NCBI RefSeq assembly: GCF_001194135.2
Contig: NC_069007.1
Span: forward strand, 7,094 to 71,093
Length of the DNA: 64,000 nucleotides
From: Octopus bimaculoides
Taxonomy: Eukaryota
Direction: 5' to 3'
The notes below the pieces were generated by a model. It saw nothing but the letters and a program-made list of their open reading frames with translations, was not told the origin of the DNA and searched no databases. Numbering within the stretch: position 1 is the stretch's first letter; each line of letters starts with the position of its first letter. The position numbers and the translations under genes are program-made. Positions 34,534-49,200 of the stretch are shown here, one piece after another.

Positions 34534-37500
34534 CTGAAATGATAAACACACAGTTGTTGGTGTTGTTTACGAAGAAAACTATGAATCGGATAATTTATCA
34601 GGAAATTACAAGCAAGAAATATCGTAGGATTATGAAAGGGCCAGCATCAAAGATGGAAGTTAAAAGATGATGATCTATAGTTGGATGCCCTTCCCATCAT
34701 CAAAACTCACCCCTGCTCAAGCAAGTTTTATCACAGAAAATCAAGATGTTTAGGAAGGAGCAGTAGGAATGGTTAAATGCAGTGAAGTGGACAGAGATAA
34801 ATGAGATGGGATGTAGTCAGCAGGTTTGAGAGAAACCAAGCTGCAATTCCTGTTATATGAGTAAGAGTTGATCTCAAACCTAATATAAATGGAGAGACAT
34901 TATCGAATGACAATAGTAACCCCAACCTATAAACTTCTACTGCTACTACACATCATGTTCATTATCAATGCCACCTTCCGCACTCCTCTTGATCTTCATT
35001 GAGTCATTGTATATTTTAGGCCCAACATCTTGGATTTTGTCTAGTTTCCATTTGTTATTGGTACTTTTTCCCCAACAGATGTCCATCAATGGTCTGTTAG
35101 GTAAAAAAAAAAAAAAGAAAATAGCAACCATATCTGCTCCAGATCACACTTATTGCCTGAAAAATTGAAGGCTACATTGGGAAGACTACAATTGAAAAGA
35201 CTCTGACGATAGAAATTTTAATTCAGGGATAAACCAGGGTAAACAACAGACGTTAACTGATAAGTTAATCCTGTGAGAAATAACAAGGAATCGTTCAGCT
35301 GGTAATCCTTAAATATTTTGGTTTCTGTCGCAGAAAAGCAGCTGAGAGGTGAAGCTTCCTCATCCTATTCCTTAGACTGTACTCTGGTATAAGTACCTGC
35401 ATGTTCAATAGAACGAAACTGAAGAATTGTAAAGCTGTCATCGAGAAAAACAGCAAAATACTCGCAGCAAAGTACGTATGCATATGTACATAATATATGT
35501 ATGAAAGTTTGCAATCAGTTGCACTCGATTTTGATCTTTTGAGAGGTTAACATGTGTGATAGAAAAAGTGCCGTCAAACATACTTAAAGTTCTACTTTTC
35601 CAGCACATGTCGTTAAAACCTCTTTTCCATTGTGTGCAGGTGCATCGAGATGGAAGTGAAAAGAACCGAGATCTCTGTGGGCCACAACAAATCCAACATC
35701 ACCAAGCAAATCAATGTTAGCTGGATGACTGTCCACAGGGTCACAGAGGGGCTCAAGAAAGAGAAAGATCTCAAAGTTCCACCTCAAGTTGTTAACCATT
35801 TGGCTGTGATAAAGGCCTTCAGAAGTGATCTGAAGCTGAAAATGACTGCGCTCATGAAAAACAACAACTTGGTGACCAGTGTCCAAGAGCTTAAGGTACA
35901 TGGAAAGGCCTCTGCTCAATGACCATATGCAAGACCAACGTCAGGAGCGCTGTTGTCACCTTCTCAATGACTTGAAGTGTCTTTCTGATGAAAAAAACTT
36001 TCATGGTTGATCCGGTTGTCAACAAGCAGAACAACCACATGGTCAGCTTTGACCAGGATGTTTCTGAGATCCGCTAAGTGCCCACAGCCAAGCACCTGCC
36101 CTCCGTAATGATGCTCAGCATTGTGGCTTTGAATGGTGAGAAGATGCTGCCTTATGGCTTGCAGCTGACTACAGGGACATCTTGGCCACAAAAGTCCTGC
36201 CCTGGGTGTGAAAGACCATGAAGTAGGTGGACAAAGTCTTTCAGCAGGATGGTGCCCCTGCCCACATGGCCAAGGCCATGCAAAAGTAACTGGGGTTGAA
36301 CATGAACTTCTGGTCAAAGAACTGTAGGCTATCGCAGTTGCCTGACCTCAGTTGCCTGACCTCGCAGTTGCCTGACCTCAGCCCCCTTCACTACAATGTG
36401 CGGGTGCATGTCGAGGGCAAGGGCTGCCACAGCAATGTCAAATGAGCCGAGGTCCTCCGCCAACCGCGTGTGAGTCAGCGGCCTTCAGGTCTCACCTGGA
36501 GCAAGTGTGGATAGCCACATTGATAAGTTATTAATATTTAAACTTATCTTTTTATGTTAAAACAATAAAAACATGTTTAACTGCATCAAAACCATCATTG
36601 TGTCCTTTGTCGAGAGCATTGTAATAAGGGTAACAAGACTTTTGCAAAGCCGTGTGTGCATACATGTATATGTTGAGTGCTCTAACATACAATTATATGC
36701 CTTAGATATTCTAATGTATCTCATTGTTTCTTCTGTAAACTCAGAAATAATGATCAACATTTCAGTATTTTAGACTTGCTGCAGAATATTTCTGAATTCT
36801 TAGTCCACTCTTGTTCATCATAGTTCTCCAGGCCATAACAAAGGAATTCAAAACTGGATGCCCATGCGAATTACTATCCAATGATGACTTTGCTCTTATT
36901 ATAAAATCAGTAGCAAAATTGGAGAAGAAATTTCAGGTATGGAAGCAAAACCTGGAATCAAAGGGCCTTAAAGTTAACTTAGCAAAGACCAAAGTTGTTG
37001 TTAGCAAGAAAGCAGAGGCCCTGATCAATCTGTAAGAAAGGAATGGGAAGTAATTCCATTCACTGTGCCAAACATAAGCTATGGACACATAAGAGGTGCA
37101 GTGGAATCATAGGTAGATAAAAGATCAGGTGTGTGGCAAATGTGCAGGAACAATAAGCACTAACAGCACATGGGATGTAGACTCTCTCAAGGTAGGAGAC
37201 AATTTTTGTTACCAAGGTGACCAAATTGGCAATGGGGTGGGGGATGCTCTGAAAGTATCGTTTCTGGAATACGAATTGGACGGAGAAAGTTCAGAGAGCT
37301 GCTACCTCTGTTGGCAACAAAAAGACTCTGATTTTGTTGAATTTACCTGTGTTAGCCTGTAATTAGATTCACTTTGTGACAAATGTTATGCAATGGATTT
37401 GCTTAAAAACCTTTTAAATTATGTTCCTAAAATCTCATTATGTTGATAAATAAAAAAATTAGTTGTGCTGTTACACCAGTGTAAATTCACGATTATGTTA

Positions 37501-40500
37501 GAATTTAATTGAAACACTTTAACGAACGGTTTAATGGATCTTTCATTTGCTGTAATTAGTGTTGCAGTTATTCAATCAGCTGAACTATCAAATCATATTG
37601 GCTGAGTATTCCACAGGCACTTTTAACCTTAATACCATGAAGAATCACAATGATGCAGCTGTGAGAATAACAACCCTTTTGAATTGCTGTTCATCTGATG
37701 GGATTCTACACAGTTTCCCTTGTACAAAGCTGTAGTTATCCATGCCTATTTTGACTGATTATCAACATTTTCAGAAACCTAGAACAACTGATTTAACAGT
37801 CAGACTCTCTGCTGTAGAGATTTTCTCATTGAATCTCCTGCACTACCAAAGCATGTGCTGTGGTCTTCAATCATCAGCTTCCCATGATACCTCGAAGAGC
37901 TCACAAGGAACTATAAAAAGTCAATGTTTACTAATAGAACCTGAGAAATTTATTGAGATTTCAGTTAGTCATCCTTTTCCAGTATCATTCATTAGTCATG
38001 TTTAATGGATGTAGTGATAGATTTACAATCACAGAGAAAAGACACCTGGGTCTACACAACAACATGAAGTAAATTATTCCACACTACAAATTCAATGAGA
38101 CAAACAGACATGTCATTAAATAATATCCTTACCAAATCCACTCTTGCTAGTTACAGGTTGTCGACACTGGGGGCATGTTTTACGCTTAATTTTGGAACAA
38201 CATTCTTCACATATCACAGTATGTTCACAAGGATAGAATGTTACAGTGGCCTCTTTATCTTCACATAACAGACATGGTAATCTATGGAACAAAATATAAA
38301 CACATCTCTTCAATAGAATCAATTTATAACAAATATTACATTGTGTACATGTTTAGAATACAGAATATTATGAAACACTACAATGACCAGCAAAGAGTAC
38401 ATCACAGACTTTTCTGTAAACAATTCCATACATGCTGATGTGTGTATATATATGTATACATACGTTGACAAATATGTGTGTTGACTTTGACACACCACAA
38501 GATTCGTTTACACACAGTGAACTCCATATATTCCAGGAATATGTTTCACTTCTGGTATAAACCACATTTCTTCTGAACAAATGGATGTAAACAAGTTTGT
38601 ATATACACATTTTATAATATATGTATCTATAAAACGCTTTATTCTATCCAATCTATTTAACAAGTGCTCTCTACTTAGACATTTGGCTTTAAGTTGTATG
38701 GCCAGACACAGTTGCCATGGCTTCATGTATGGGTGAACAAGGTTACAAAACAGATCACAGTTTTAAATGGAACAATGGTCCTAAAATCATGTACAAAACC
38801 TGAGAACTCATTTCGAAATTGATGAACTGAATGCAGTAAATGTTGTTTCCATTAACCTTTAATGTACCAGTAACCTCCTGATGATCCCCAATTAACGAAA
38901 GGGACATTAGTTCTATGATTGATGGACTGTGAGAAATGATCCAATGGCCATTTCTGGTCCTTTTCTTTCTGCGTGGAATGTTGTGCTTTAGTTTCCTTTT
39001 ATGAAAACTGTCAAATTTCACCCAGAAAGCCTGCTGTATACATATTATTTGGATAATTTGTTTCCAGGTAGATTTGTTCTGTGAAGACATAAGGCAATGT
39101 TCCTCCAGTATTTACAGAAATAAATATCCATTGTTTAGTGTCTGTTTGTAAAGCTTACGTGATAATCACTGATTGGGACAGAGAAGAGCGAGAAAAAGTG
39201 TTGATAAATAAATTCCTCTTACTTCTAAGTAACAATTTAAAAAATGTGTTCATTCACGTCATTATTTAGAACTACCTTTTTTTGGTGGTTACACATCTTT
39301 AAAATAGGGAATCAAGAGAGGTATTCTAGGGGTAGACATCATCATCATCGTCATCGTTTAATGTCCGCTTTCCATGCTAGCATGGGTTGGACGATTTGAC
39401 TGAGGACCGGTGAAACCAGATGGCTACACCAGGCTCCAATCTGATTTGGCAGAGTTTCTACAGCTGGATGCCCTTCCTAACGCCAACCACTCAGAGTGTA
39501 GTGGGTGCTTTTACGTGTCACCCGCACGAGGGCCAGTCAGGCGGTACTGGCAACAGCCACGCTCAAAATGGTGTATTTTATGTGCCACCCGCAAAAGAGC
39601 CAGTCCAGAGGCACTGGCAACGATCTCGCTCGAAAATCCTATGAAGGCGGTACTGAGTGAGATATAAATGTCAACACAACCGATTATGAGACTGTATTCA
39701 AAATAGTGTTCTTTGTTTGATCACCTAACAACTGTATTTTCTGTTTATTGCTTTTCTTGCTATTGCTGTGTGTGTCTTTGGCCAAAACACTAACGACACT
39801 ATAATGTATTGGCAGAATTAAAACATAACGAACATATAAACACGATTATATACAGAATGGAAATTAGACTGGATTATCTTGTCATTGCCAGTGAATACTT
39901 ACTGCTGTGGTGGGAAAAATGCTTTTATTTGCTCCTTTAAATGCAAACTCTTAATGAGATCCAGTGGGGTCACATTCTCACTGTTTTTATGGTAAAAGTT
40001 GGCTCCCTGATAAGCAAGATAGCTAGCAACTACTGTAGCAGAGAGCCTGTCTTTCTTACTCAAAGAGAGCTTCAAGCAGAACTACAAATGGTGAAATATA
40101 AAATGATGAATTCAATATTACAAAAATATACATTGTAGTAGCTCCAAATTACAAAACAATTCTACTAAATCTAAATATAGTTTTTGCTGTGTATATCCAC
40201 TGATTAAACTGGTTATGCAGTATTGAGTTCCTACCTCTAGTTGAGGCCATTTTCCATTTATTTTTATTTTCAACATTAAGATAACATTTTAAATATTTGT
40301 CATTATATTAAACAGAACAAACCTTACTAATTAACATGAAGTTTATTGATACTTAATGAGTAGAGGTTTTCTTGCAAATCACAAATTTTACAAAAAATTC
40401 AATAAATAATACAAAACCAAAATCATAGCACCAAGTGACACATTGGAATTCTAATGGAACATATCACACAAAACACAACAAAAACCTATCGATACAACTG

Positions 40501-43500
40501 GCCATAGCAAAAAATGATGCTTATGGAAGTGTGTTTCTGTCTGTCTGTCTGTCTCTTTGCTTGCATGCATGAATGTGTAGTTGTACATTAAAAACTGAAG
40601 TACAAGGAAGCACACTTAGGACCTTGCTTTATTGTACTCACTTTCAAGTGTTCTGCCATTCTACATTGTGGATATATGTTGTGTACAGGGCCTTGCAGAT
40701 AATTTGAGACCAATTTTAAGCAGTTGACTTAGTGGGTTTAACATTTCATTTTTCGACAAAACCTTGCTTGCTTGAAAATCTAATCCTCTTTACTTTTCAG
40801 GTAAGTAGAAACGGAAAGTCGGAGAACAACAGAATCGTTCCACCATTGTTGTTTCGGTGTATGCTGGGCACACTGCCAATAAAACTATTGCCAAAACAGT
40901 TTATCCTGTGTATAAACAATTCAAAGAACACAAGACTCAAAATGATTCCAAGCACAACGTTTCTCGCTGCTCTCAAACGCTTGACTGAAGCCAACCCATC
41001 TATATCTATGACAACTCTTGCAAAGAAACACGTGTCCCTTTCCACAGTATCCAGAGCTGTGAACAGGAACCATGGTATGACTAGCTTTGTTTGACGCTGC
41101 CGTCACCTCCCAACAGCCACGGGCAAAGCAATCAGAACTGAGAGATGCTCAAAGCTCATTATTCATCAAGCATCAAGGTGTAGGAAAAACTCTCAGGTTT
41201 GTGAACAAGAAGTTCACTGTGGATGCTGAGGTGAATTGCAGAAATTCTCGAGTAATTGCATACGACTCTTCTAATGTCCCCCCCTCCCCACTGTGTTTGA
41301 GACTAAGAATTTTGCTTCTGTGGTATTTGGAGCTGTGACGAATGATGGAAGAGTCATGGACCCACACTTCATTGAAATCTGGCTTGAAGATCAGCACAAA
41401 GGAGTATCTGGAACCCTGAAGATCTCTGTTACTTTGGATGGAGCAGAAGTTTGGGCTTGACAATGTGGTGCTTATCCAGGATTCTGCACCATGCCATGGG
41501 TCAAAAGCAACATAGGCCTTCCTTGGTGAGAAGGAGCCATTTTTTTGTGAGGGCCAACATCTGGCCCAATAATAGCACAGATCTCAACCTTCTCGATTAC
41601 TTTTTATTGAGCGTACTTCACACGAGGACCAGTGCTTCACCACAATCAAGTGTCAACAGTTTGAAGACCAGCATCGTGTGTGCGACATGCAAAATCAAAA
41701 AGACAGAAGTTGTGGCAGCAGCAGCAAAATCATTTTGTTCTTGTGTGGAGGCAACCATATTGAGTGATGTTTTTGTACATAATATAATTAGGGTTATCAG
41801 GAGAGACTGGATTACTAAATGGAAATGGAAGAGGGGGGTTGATGTGTGAAAAATGATGTCTGTCTGCTTGTCTCTTTCTCTCAAATATTTATAAACAATT
41901 TTGAAAAACTTACCTCATCTAAAATACCTAAGTGTTCACCCTCAGAATGAAACACCTTTTTCTCTACAGCAAGATGCAGACAATTATTACCGCCACCATC
42001 AACAGCATTTATGCTTGCTCTTTTGGAAATTAACTTGTGGATCATTCCAAGATGACCCCCGGAGACAGCTAGAAGCAATGGTGTCATTTTGTTACGGTTC
42101 TTGAGATCCAGTTTCACCGAATCCTTAGTGGGAGTAAAAACAGGAAAAAAATTTATATGAAAATTAGGGTTGATATCAATGTGTCGTTACTGACTTCCAA
42201 CTCTAACCCTAACTGACCATGTACAATTTGATGTTTGCAAGTAGAGTCAACCCTCCCTAGGTCACCCTATAACATGCTATAGGTATGTGTTCGAGACATG
42301 ATAAATCTATTGAGATGTTATTAACAGATTGTATGTCAAAAGCCCAAGCGTATTTGTCTGCATCACTTTCTCTCTCTTTCTCTTTCTATATAAATATATT
42401 TATATACATATATCTGTGTGTATATACATATACACACACACACATATTTTGAAGGAAGTGTTAATTGTTATTCACTTTCATTTAGAAACCTTTGTGAATG
42501 ATGCATGCGAAGACAGCTGCCACAAGGGTACGCTTTTGATTTCCTTTCTTGTTATAAAAGAACTTCATAAAGTCATAAAATTGTGTTGATGTCTATGCAA
42601 TATTCCGCATTAATACAGAAAATGTTATAGATTTATGTTAATTTTGTAATTATCTTCTACACATGCTGTAGCATAGGTGCTAGCATCTGTGGTGGTGTTG
42701 ACCACCCGTAATACCATCATCATGACCAATAGAATGTTTTTCCACAGACATAAGACCTGCCACATAAAAAGGGAGTGGGAATACAGTTGATTAAATTTGC
42801 CCCCAGTATTTTATTGTTACTTTGATGATATTAATATTAAATAAATTAATAAAATGCTCGTGTGTATAATATGTATATGTTAACTGACCTGGGACAGCAT
42901 TAAAGTTAATATATCATAGCGTTGCCTGAAAATTATAGAGAGAGGAAAGAAAATAAATAAAAAAAAACATCCTCTGAGATTGAGATAATTAATAATTATT
43001 AGGTCATTAATTCATGAAAACTAAAGCAGTTAGGTTAGCAAAACCCAATTATATCAGTAATTCTATAGACACAGGCACACATATACAGTCGATGATACAC
43101 ATTGATACCCGAGTGAACACAATGTATATATATATATATATACACCATTGTACCATATATATATATATATATATATATATGGTACAATGAACAGCTGTCA
43201 TACAGACATGAATTTTACAAGGGGAAGAAGCACTTAGTTGATTATATAGACCCCAGAACATGACTGGTATTGTATTTTATCAACCTTGCAAAGGAGAAAA
43301 GCCAAGGAAACCTCAGCAAGATTTGAACCCAGATTGTAAAGAGTCATAAATAAATACCACAAGGTATTTAGCTCAACAGTAATAAGACACAAGAACAGGA
43401 GACATGGGGGATAGTTTATTAATTGAACTCCTGGATATTACTAGCACAGATTATATCGGCCCTAGAGTTACAATAGATTCTCTGGTAGGATTTGAACTTG

Positions 43501-46191
43501 GAACATAAAGAAACAAAAGTAAATACTTAGAGATTCTGTATTTAGCCCAGGGTCAGAGGAAAGAGGATGCCTATAAGAGAGGGAGGGAAAGAGAGAGAGA
43601 GGGGGGGAGTGAAAGGAAGAAAAAAGGGGCTTTGAACGTGTAACGAGGTTAACAGAGGATGAGATGAAGTAAAGAATCTAATCAGGTAACAACAACAACA
43701 ATGATTATGGTGATGGTTAATTAATGTTAATTACAGTGTCTGAAAAGTGTGAAAGAGAGTAGAAAGGTGACTCCATGAGGGATTATGACATAATTAAAAC
43801 AAACAGTATTGAAAAGATGATAAAAGAAACAGATTTGGAATGTTCTGAATCAATGGGAACTTACCATAGAACTGCCACATGTAGGGGTGTGTTACCGGCA
43901 TTGTCCACGACATGGACATCAGGCTTAGAGAGCAACAGTAATAAGTGAACAATGTCTGTGTGTCCACCAAGACAAGCCCAGTGTAGAGGTGTGTAACCAT
44001 ATTTAATATCCCCAACATTAACAGCAGGGTCAGGCATCTGTAGTAATAGGTGAACAATGTCTGTGTGTCCACCACGACAGGCCCAATGTAGAGGTGTGTA
44101 ACCATTGATATTACCCACATTTGCAACAGAGTTGCACTGCAGTAACAAGTAGACAATGTCTGTTTGTCCACCACGGCAGGCCAGGTGTAGAGGTGTGTCG
44201 CCTTTATTGTCCATCATGTTGACATCAATGTAAGACTGCTGCAGTAATTGATGAATGATGTCTATGTGTCCCCAATGACAAGCCAGATGTAGAGGTGTGT
44301 CACCATTGCTATTTTGTAGATTGATCTGAAGAAATAAACAAACAACGAACACTTTCAAAAATGGTGTCTAGACTGAGAACTGCATTTTCTTGCATAAGAT
44401 TAACTTCGTTCAACTAGTTTCTGCAATTTGATTCCATGTATTATCATCAAAAGAAAAATTAAATATATTTTTATGTAGCAAATGTATAGATCTTGTAGTT
44501 ACTCTCGCATCTCTGTGTGAACTCTTGTGTTAACATAACACACAGCCACATCAAACGCATTGTACTATCTATATATGACACGACAGGTGGAATGATGGTG
44601 TGGCGATTAATTCAATGAAGTTTATATTGTGTTCATACACACACATATATGATCAACAACTAAATGGACAGACACAGCTACAGAATATGTGTGTATGTGT
44701 GTACGCTGTACATTAAATCTGGCTCATCAATCATGGCTGAAGTATACTGCAGCCAACTGGACCAAATGATGCAGAAACTTACAAAATAACAGACTAGATT
44801 AGTCAACAGATCCACTCCTATTTTATTGCAGGACAATGCCAGACCACACATTGCAAAAATGACACTGGCAAAACTACAGGAGTTGGAAGTTCTCCATCGT
44901 CCACCACACTCACCTGATCTTGCCCCCACTATCACTTTATCCAGAATTTGGATAACTTTTCGATAGCAAAAAAAATTTAATTCCAACGATGCTGTAAAAC
45001 AGGCCTTCCAAGATTTTATCGACTCTAGATTGCCAGGCTTTTACAGTTATGGGCTAGACATGCTACCGCTCAAATGGCAAAAGTGTTTCCATAATATGTG
45101 TGCATACTTTTATGGATAAAACTATTTCTTGTATTTATAAAACAACAGCAAACTTTTTTCCTACAAATTTCATACTTGACGACCTAATATATTTATTAAC
45201 CTGTAAAATGTATTTTCCACGGGTATTTAATATAACTTCTAACACATCTTTCCAGTCCTTCTCCTTCACCACCCGATGGAGAGGACTGTTGCCTCGGAAA
45301 TTCTGGCTGTTGACATTAGCTCGCCTGGAAATCATGAGGGCCACAGCATCACGTTGGTGGCTGAAAGTAAAAAAAAATAAATAAACATTACAGACATTGG
45401 CAAAATAATTACATTAAATATACACAGATGTTCAGTACTTAAAAATTAAACATACAAAAGAGCTATATGTATGCACCACCATTTAATGTCTACTTTCCAT
45501 GCTGGGGCCAGGATGGCTTGAAAGGAAGTGAATTGGTAAGCTTCGGGGCTGCAGTGAACTCAAATGCCATCTTTAGCATAGTTTCTATGGTTGGACGCCC
45601 TTCCTAATGCCAATCATTTTACGAAGTGTATTGGGTGCTTTTTACATGCCACTGGCACAAGTGAAATTGCCATGTAACTTGCAAGAGAGAAAAAGAGAAG
45701 ACAGGGATAAAGCCCCCCACATCTAAGAGGAAGTATTTGGGATGGGAAGGTGGAGGTGTTGAAAGGCTAAAGTATGAGAGAAGGACAAGCACAGGTATCT
45801 TGTGATACCTGGCTAAAAACGATGAGAGGAAGTTAGGGAAAGGGTGATAGTGCAAATCTCTCAAGGAAGAAGGTGAGCTTAAGAGAGGACATGGTCAGTG
45901 GGACATGGGAGGGGATGAGAGTGAATGCTTTCATAACAATGAACACGCGGAGGTTGGGGGTCAATGAAGTGAAGGATAAGGAAGGGTGGGAGGGTAGGTA
46001 ATGCGGAAATCCCATTATGAAGAGTGACTCAGAAAGGAAAATTGAACAAAAAGTAGTAGAATTATGAGCAAGGTATAAGAGCAGTGGAGAAGGATACAGA
46101 AGGATACATAAGGGGCCAGTTGGTAGGGTATAATTATAGACATATGAGGGTATTGAGAATGAAAGTAGATAGAAGTGTTTGGAATGGAATA

Positions 46192-46228
<37 letters not shown>

Positions 46229-49200
46229 GTGATTGCCTAAAACAGAGTAGGGCAGGGAAGATGAGGAATGGAAGTGGTTTGGATGGGGTCTGGGCGTTTC
46301 TGATATGAGCTGATTCTGCTCTCAGGTGATAACAACAGCCATCATAGCACCATACCTAGTGGGATCAGGGGGTATGGAAATGAAGGGATGCATGATGTCA
46401 GAGAGAAAAGGGAGGGACAGGTATTCCCATATACAAGCGTAAATGAGTGGTTTTAGGATCTCATTATTTGTTGTAGTGGACGGGTTTTCTCAAGCAGAGC
46501 AAAATGCCAATCATCTTGGTCCTTTGTCACCACCTCTGCAAAGGGCTCTGTATCTAGAGACCAGCCTTCAATTCTTTATCTCATGTCTGTGTAGTCTTCT
46601 CTCTTGTATTCTACATTTGATCCCTCTTATGCCTAACTTTTTGCCAACACATTTGCAGTCGTACAGGCATACTAACATTGCACATCCAGCAGAGCACTAC
46701 TAGTTTCATTCTTTTCTTGTCTTTGTCCTCTATATTCAGGGTTCACATCTCACTACCATGTAGCATTGCTGCATGTATACAAGCATCATACAATCTTCCT
46801 TTCACTTGGTGAGAGAGAAAGGGACTGTTTGTTGCCAGCAGAGGTACTAGTTCTCTCAACATTCTCCATCCTATTCTTATTCTAGTGACTATAATTTCTA
46901 AACAACCTCCTCCACCACTAATTTAAAAAGCCTTTAGGGCATTTGAGAAAAATCAATTTCCCATGCATCCTTCAACTATATGATACCTGTGCATCTTCCA
47001 CATACATACACTACTTTCTCTATTAACCTTGCTCCAATTCCACTCTGCCATTTGTGAGTCTGTAGCTTGCACCGGGTACACCATATGGAATCACTGCCTA
47101 TCCCTCCTTTCCTATACATTGAGAAGGGCAGGGCCCTGTTTGATTTCTTGCTGACTACAACCTTGGTCTTTGCTAAGTTAACTTTAATTCCAGTCTTTGC
47201 TTCCACATTTTGTTTTCTAATTCTATTAAAGATTCCACTATGAGAGTTAGACCATCAGCATAAAGCAGTTTCTAGGAGCAGCCAGCCTTAAGTTCCCATT
47301 ATAGCTTGGAGGGAAATGATGATGAACAGAAGGGACCAGAGGACCATGCCCTGGTGAAAGTCTACCTGCACACTACCCATGGTTAACTCTTGCCTTGCAG
47401 CGCTCATGGGTACGGTTTGCTCAGCTTTCGCAATACATTCATCTATTCTTAGCTTCCTCAGAGACCACCATATCACAGAGCAAAGGACTCTGTCAAAGGT
47501 CAACAGATACCAAATATAATGGTCTACAATTGTCTAAGAAGACAGCACTGGTAGTACTTCTACCCAGTACAAAACTGACCTGCATCTCATCTATTTTAAT
47601 TCTGTTCCTAATTAATTGGGCTATAACTCTCTCCATATGACCTGGTCCAACAATTTGATAAGCCTTGAATTACTTCTGTCTAAGGCATCTCTTTTACCTT
47701 TGTGGCAGCTGACTATAATCTGATTAACTCCATGGGTGATTGAACCACATACAACTCCACCAGAGGTTTTAAATGTTTCACTGGTAATTCCAAACGGTTC
47801 AGAAGTAATTCCAGTCATCATATCCATTAACTGCCCTTCTCTCTCTCGCTTTCCAGGTGAGCAAGCCATGTATTCACTTCTTCAGCAAGACACCTGCTCC
47901 TCTTCCTCCATCATAGTTCCTTATTTCCCCAGTCTATACCTCATTCAGGTGATGGGTCTTATTCTGCAGGTACCTGACAACATCACCAATGTTGGCACCA
48001 TGTAAAAAACACCCAGTACACTGTTAAGTGGTCGGCATTAGAAAAAGCATCCAGCTGCTCTTGTCAAATTGTCCAACCCATGCCAGCTTGGAAAGAAGAA
48101 TGCTAAATGATAATGATGATGATGTATGTACATACACATGTGTATATATATGTGTGTGTGTGTGTGTGTGTATCTATATGTAGGTCTCTAAACTCTCTGA
48201 GTGGTTGGCGTTAGGAAGGGCATCCAGCTGTAGAAACTCTGCCAAATTAGATTGGAGCCTGGTGTAGCCATCTGGTTTCACCAGTCCTCAGTCAAATCGT
48301 CCAACCCATGCTAGCATGGAAAGCGGACGTTAAACGATGATGATGATGATGATATGTGGAGGTGCATGGTTTCTTTGTTAGAGTATTTGGGTGACTATTG
48401 TAAAATTTTGAGTTTCATTTCCAGTGGCACACTGTGCCTCTGAGCAAGACACTTTGTTTCACATTGCTCCAATCCACTTGGCCTTGATAGGAACAGTCAT
48501 CTGTAACATAATAGATAACAACAATAATATTTGTTTTACAGTTTTGCACCAGGGCAGCAGTGTAAGGGGGAAGGGTTAGGGTTAGGGTTTTAATCATTTA
48601 CATCGACCCACCTGTATTTCACTGATTCTTTGTTTTATTGATCCTGAAAAGGTGAAAGGCAAAGTTGATCCAGTGAACTATTTTAACTCGACTAACAACA
48701 ATAATGAATAATGTATTTTTCATAAGAATTTACTCATTCATTTCAGTTGTTTACGATAAACGAAATTATTTTCATACCATTTCTCGACATATCGATGGCA
48801 AGCTGACAGACTCCTTCGCACGTCAGACAAAATGCTTTCCTCTGGCATTTTGTTCATTTTTATGTTCTGAGTTCAAATTCAATTGACTTATGATCGACTT
48901 TGTCTTTTAATCCTTTTGAGGTTGATAAAATAAGTACTAGTTGAACAGTGGGGGGTCAATGTAATCAATAAACCCCCTTCCCCCAAATTTCAGGCTTTGT
49001 ACCTATAGCAGAAAAAAGAAAAACATCCCAGCCCCTAATAATTTTTATTTCTTTCAAAGAACGGGTATAACGATTCTGATACTTTTTGTTTTAATTTCAC
49101 GACTAAGATGCCTGTAAGAAGGTTTGAAACAAAATGGATCTGAAAATTTTAGTTAATTGTGAACTTACTTAGTCACAGCATAATGTAAAGCTGCATTACC

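Noticed and set aside
38508-39090. ORFs in the MIB2-like intron as candidate extra exons
   Set aside because: No ankyrin or RING similarity, and the gene model already closes in phase without them.
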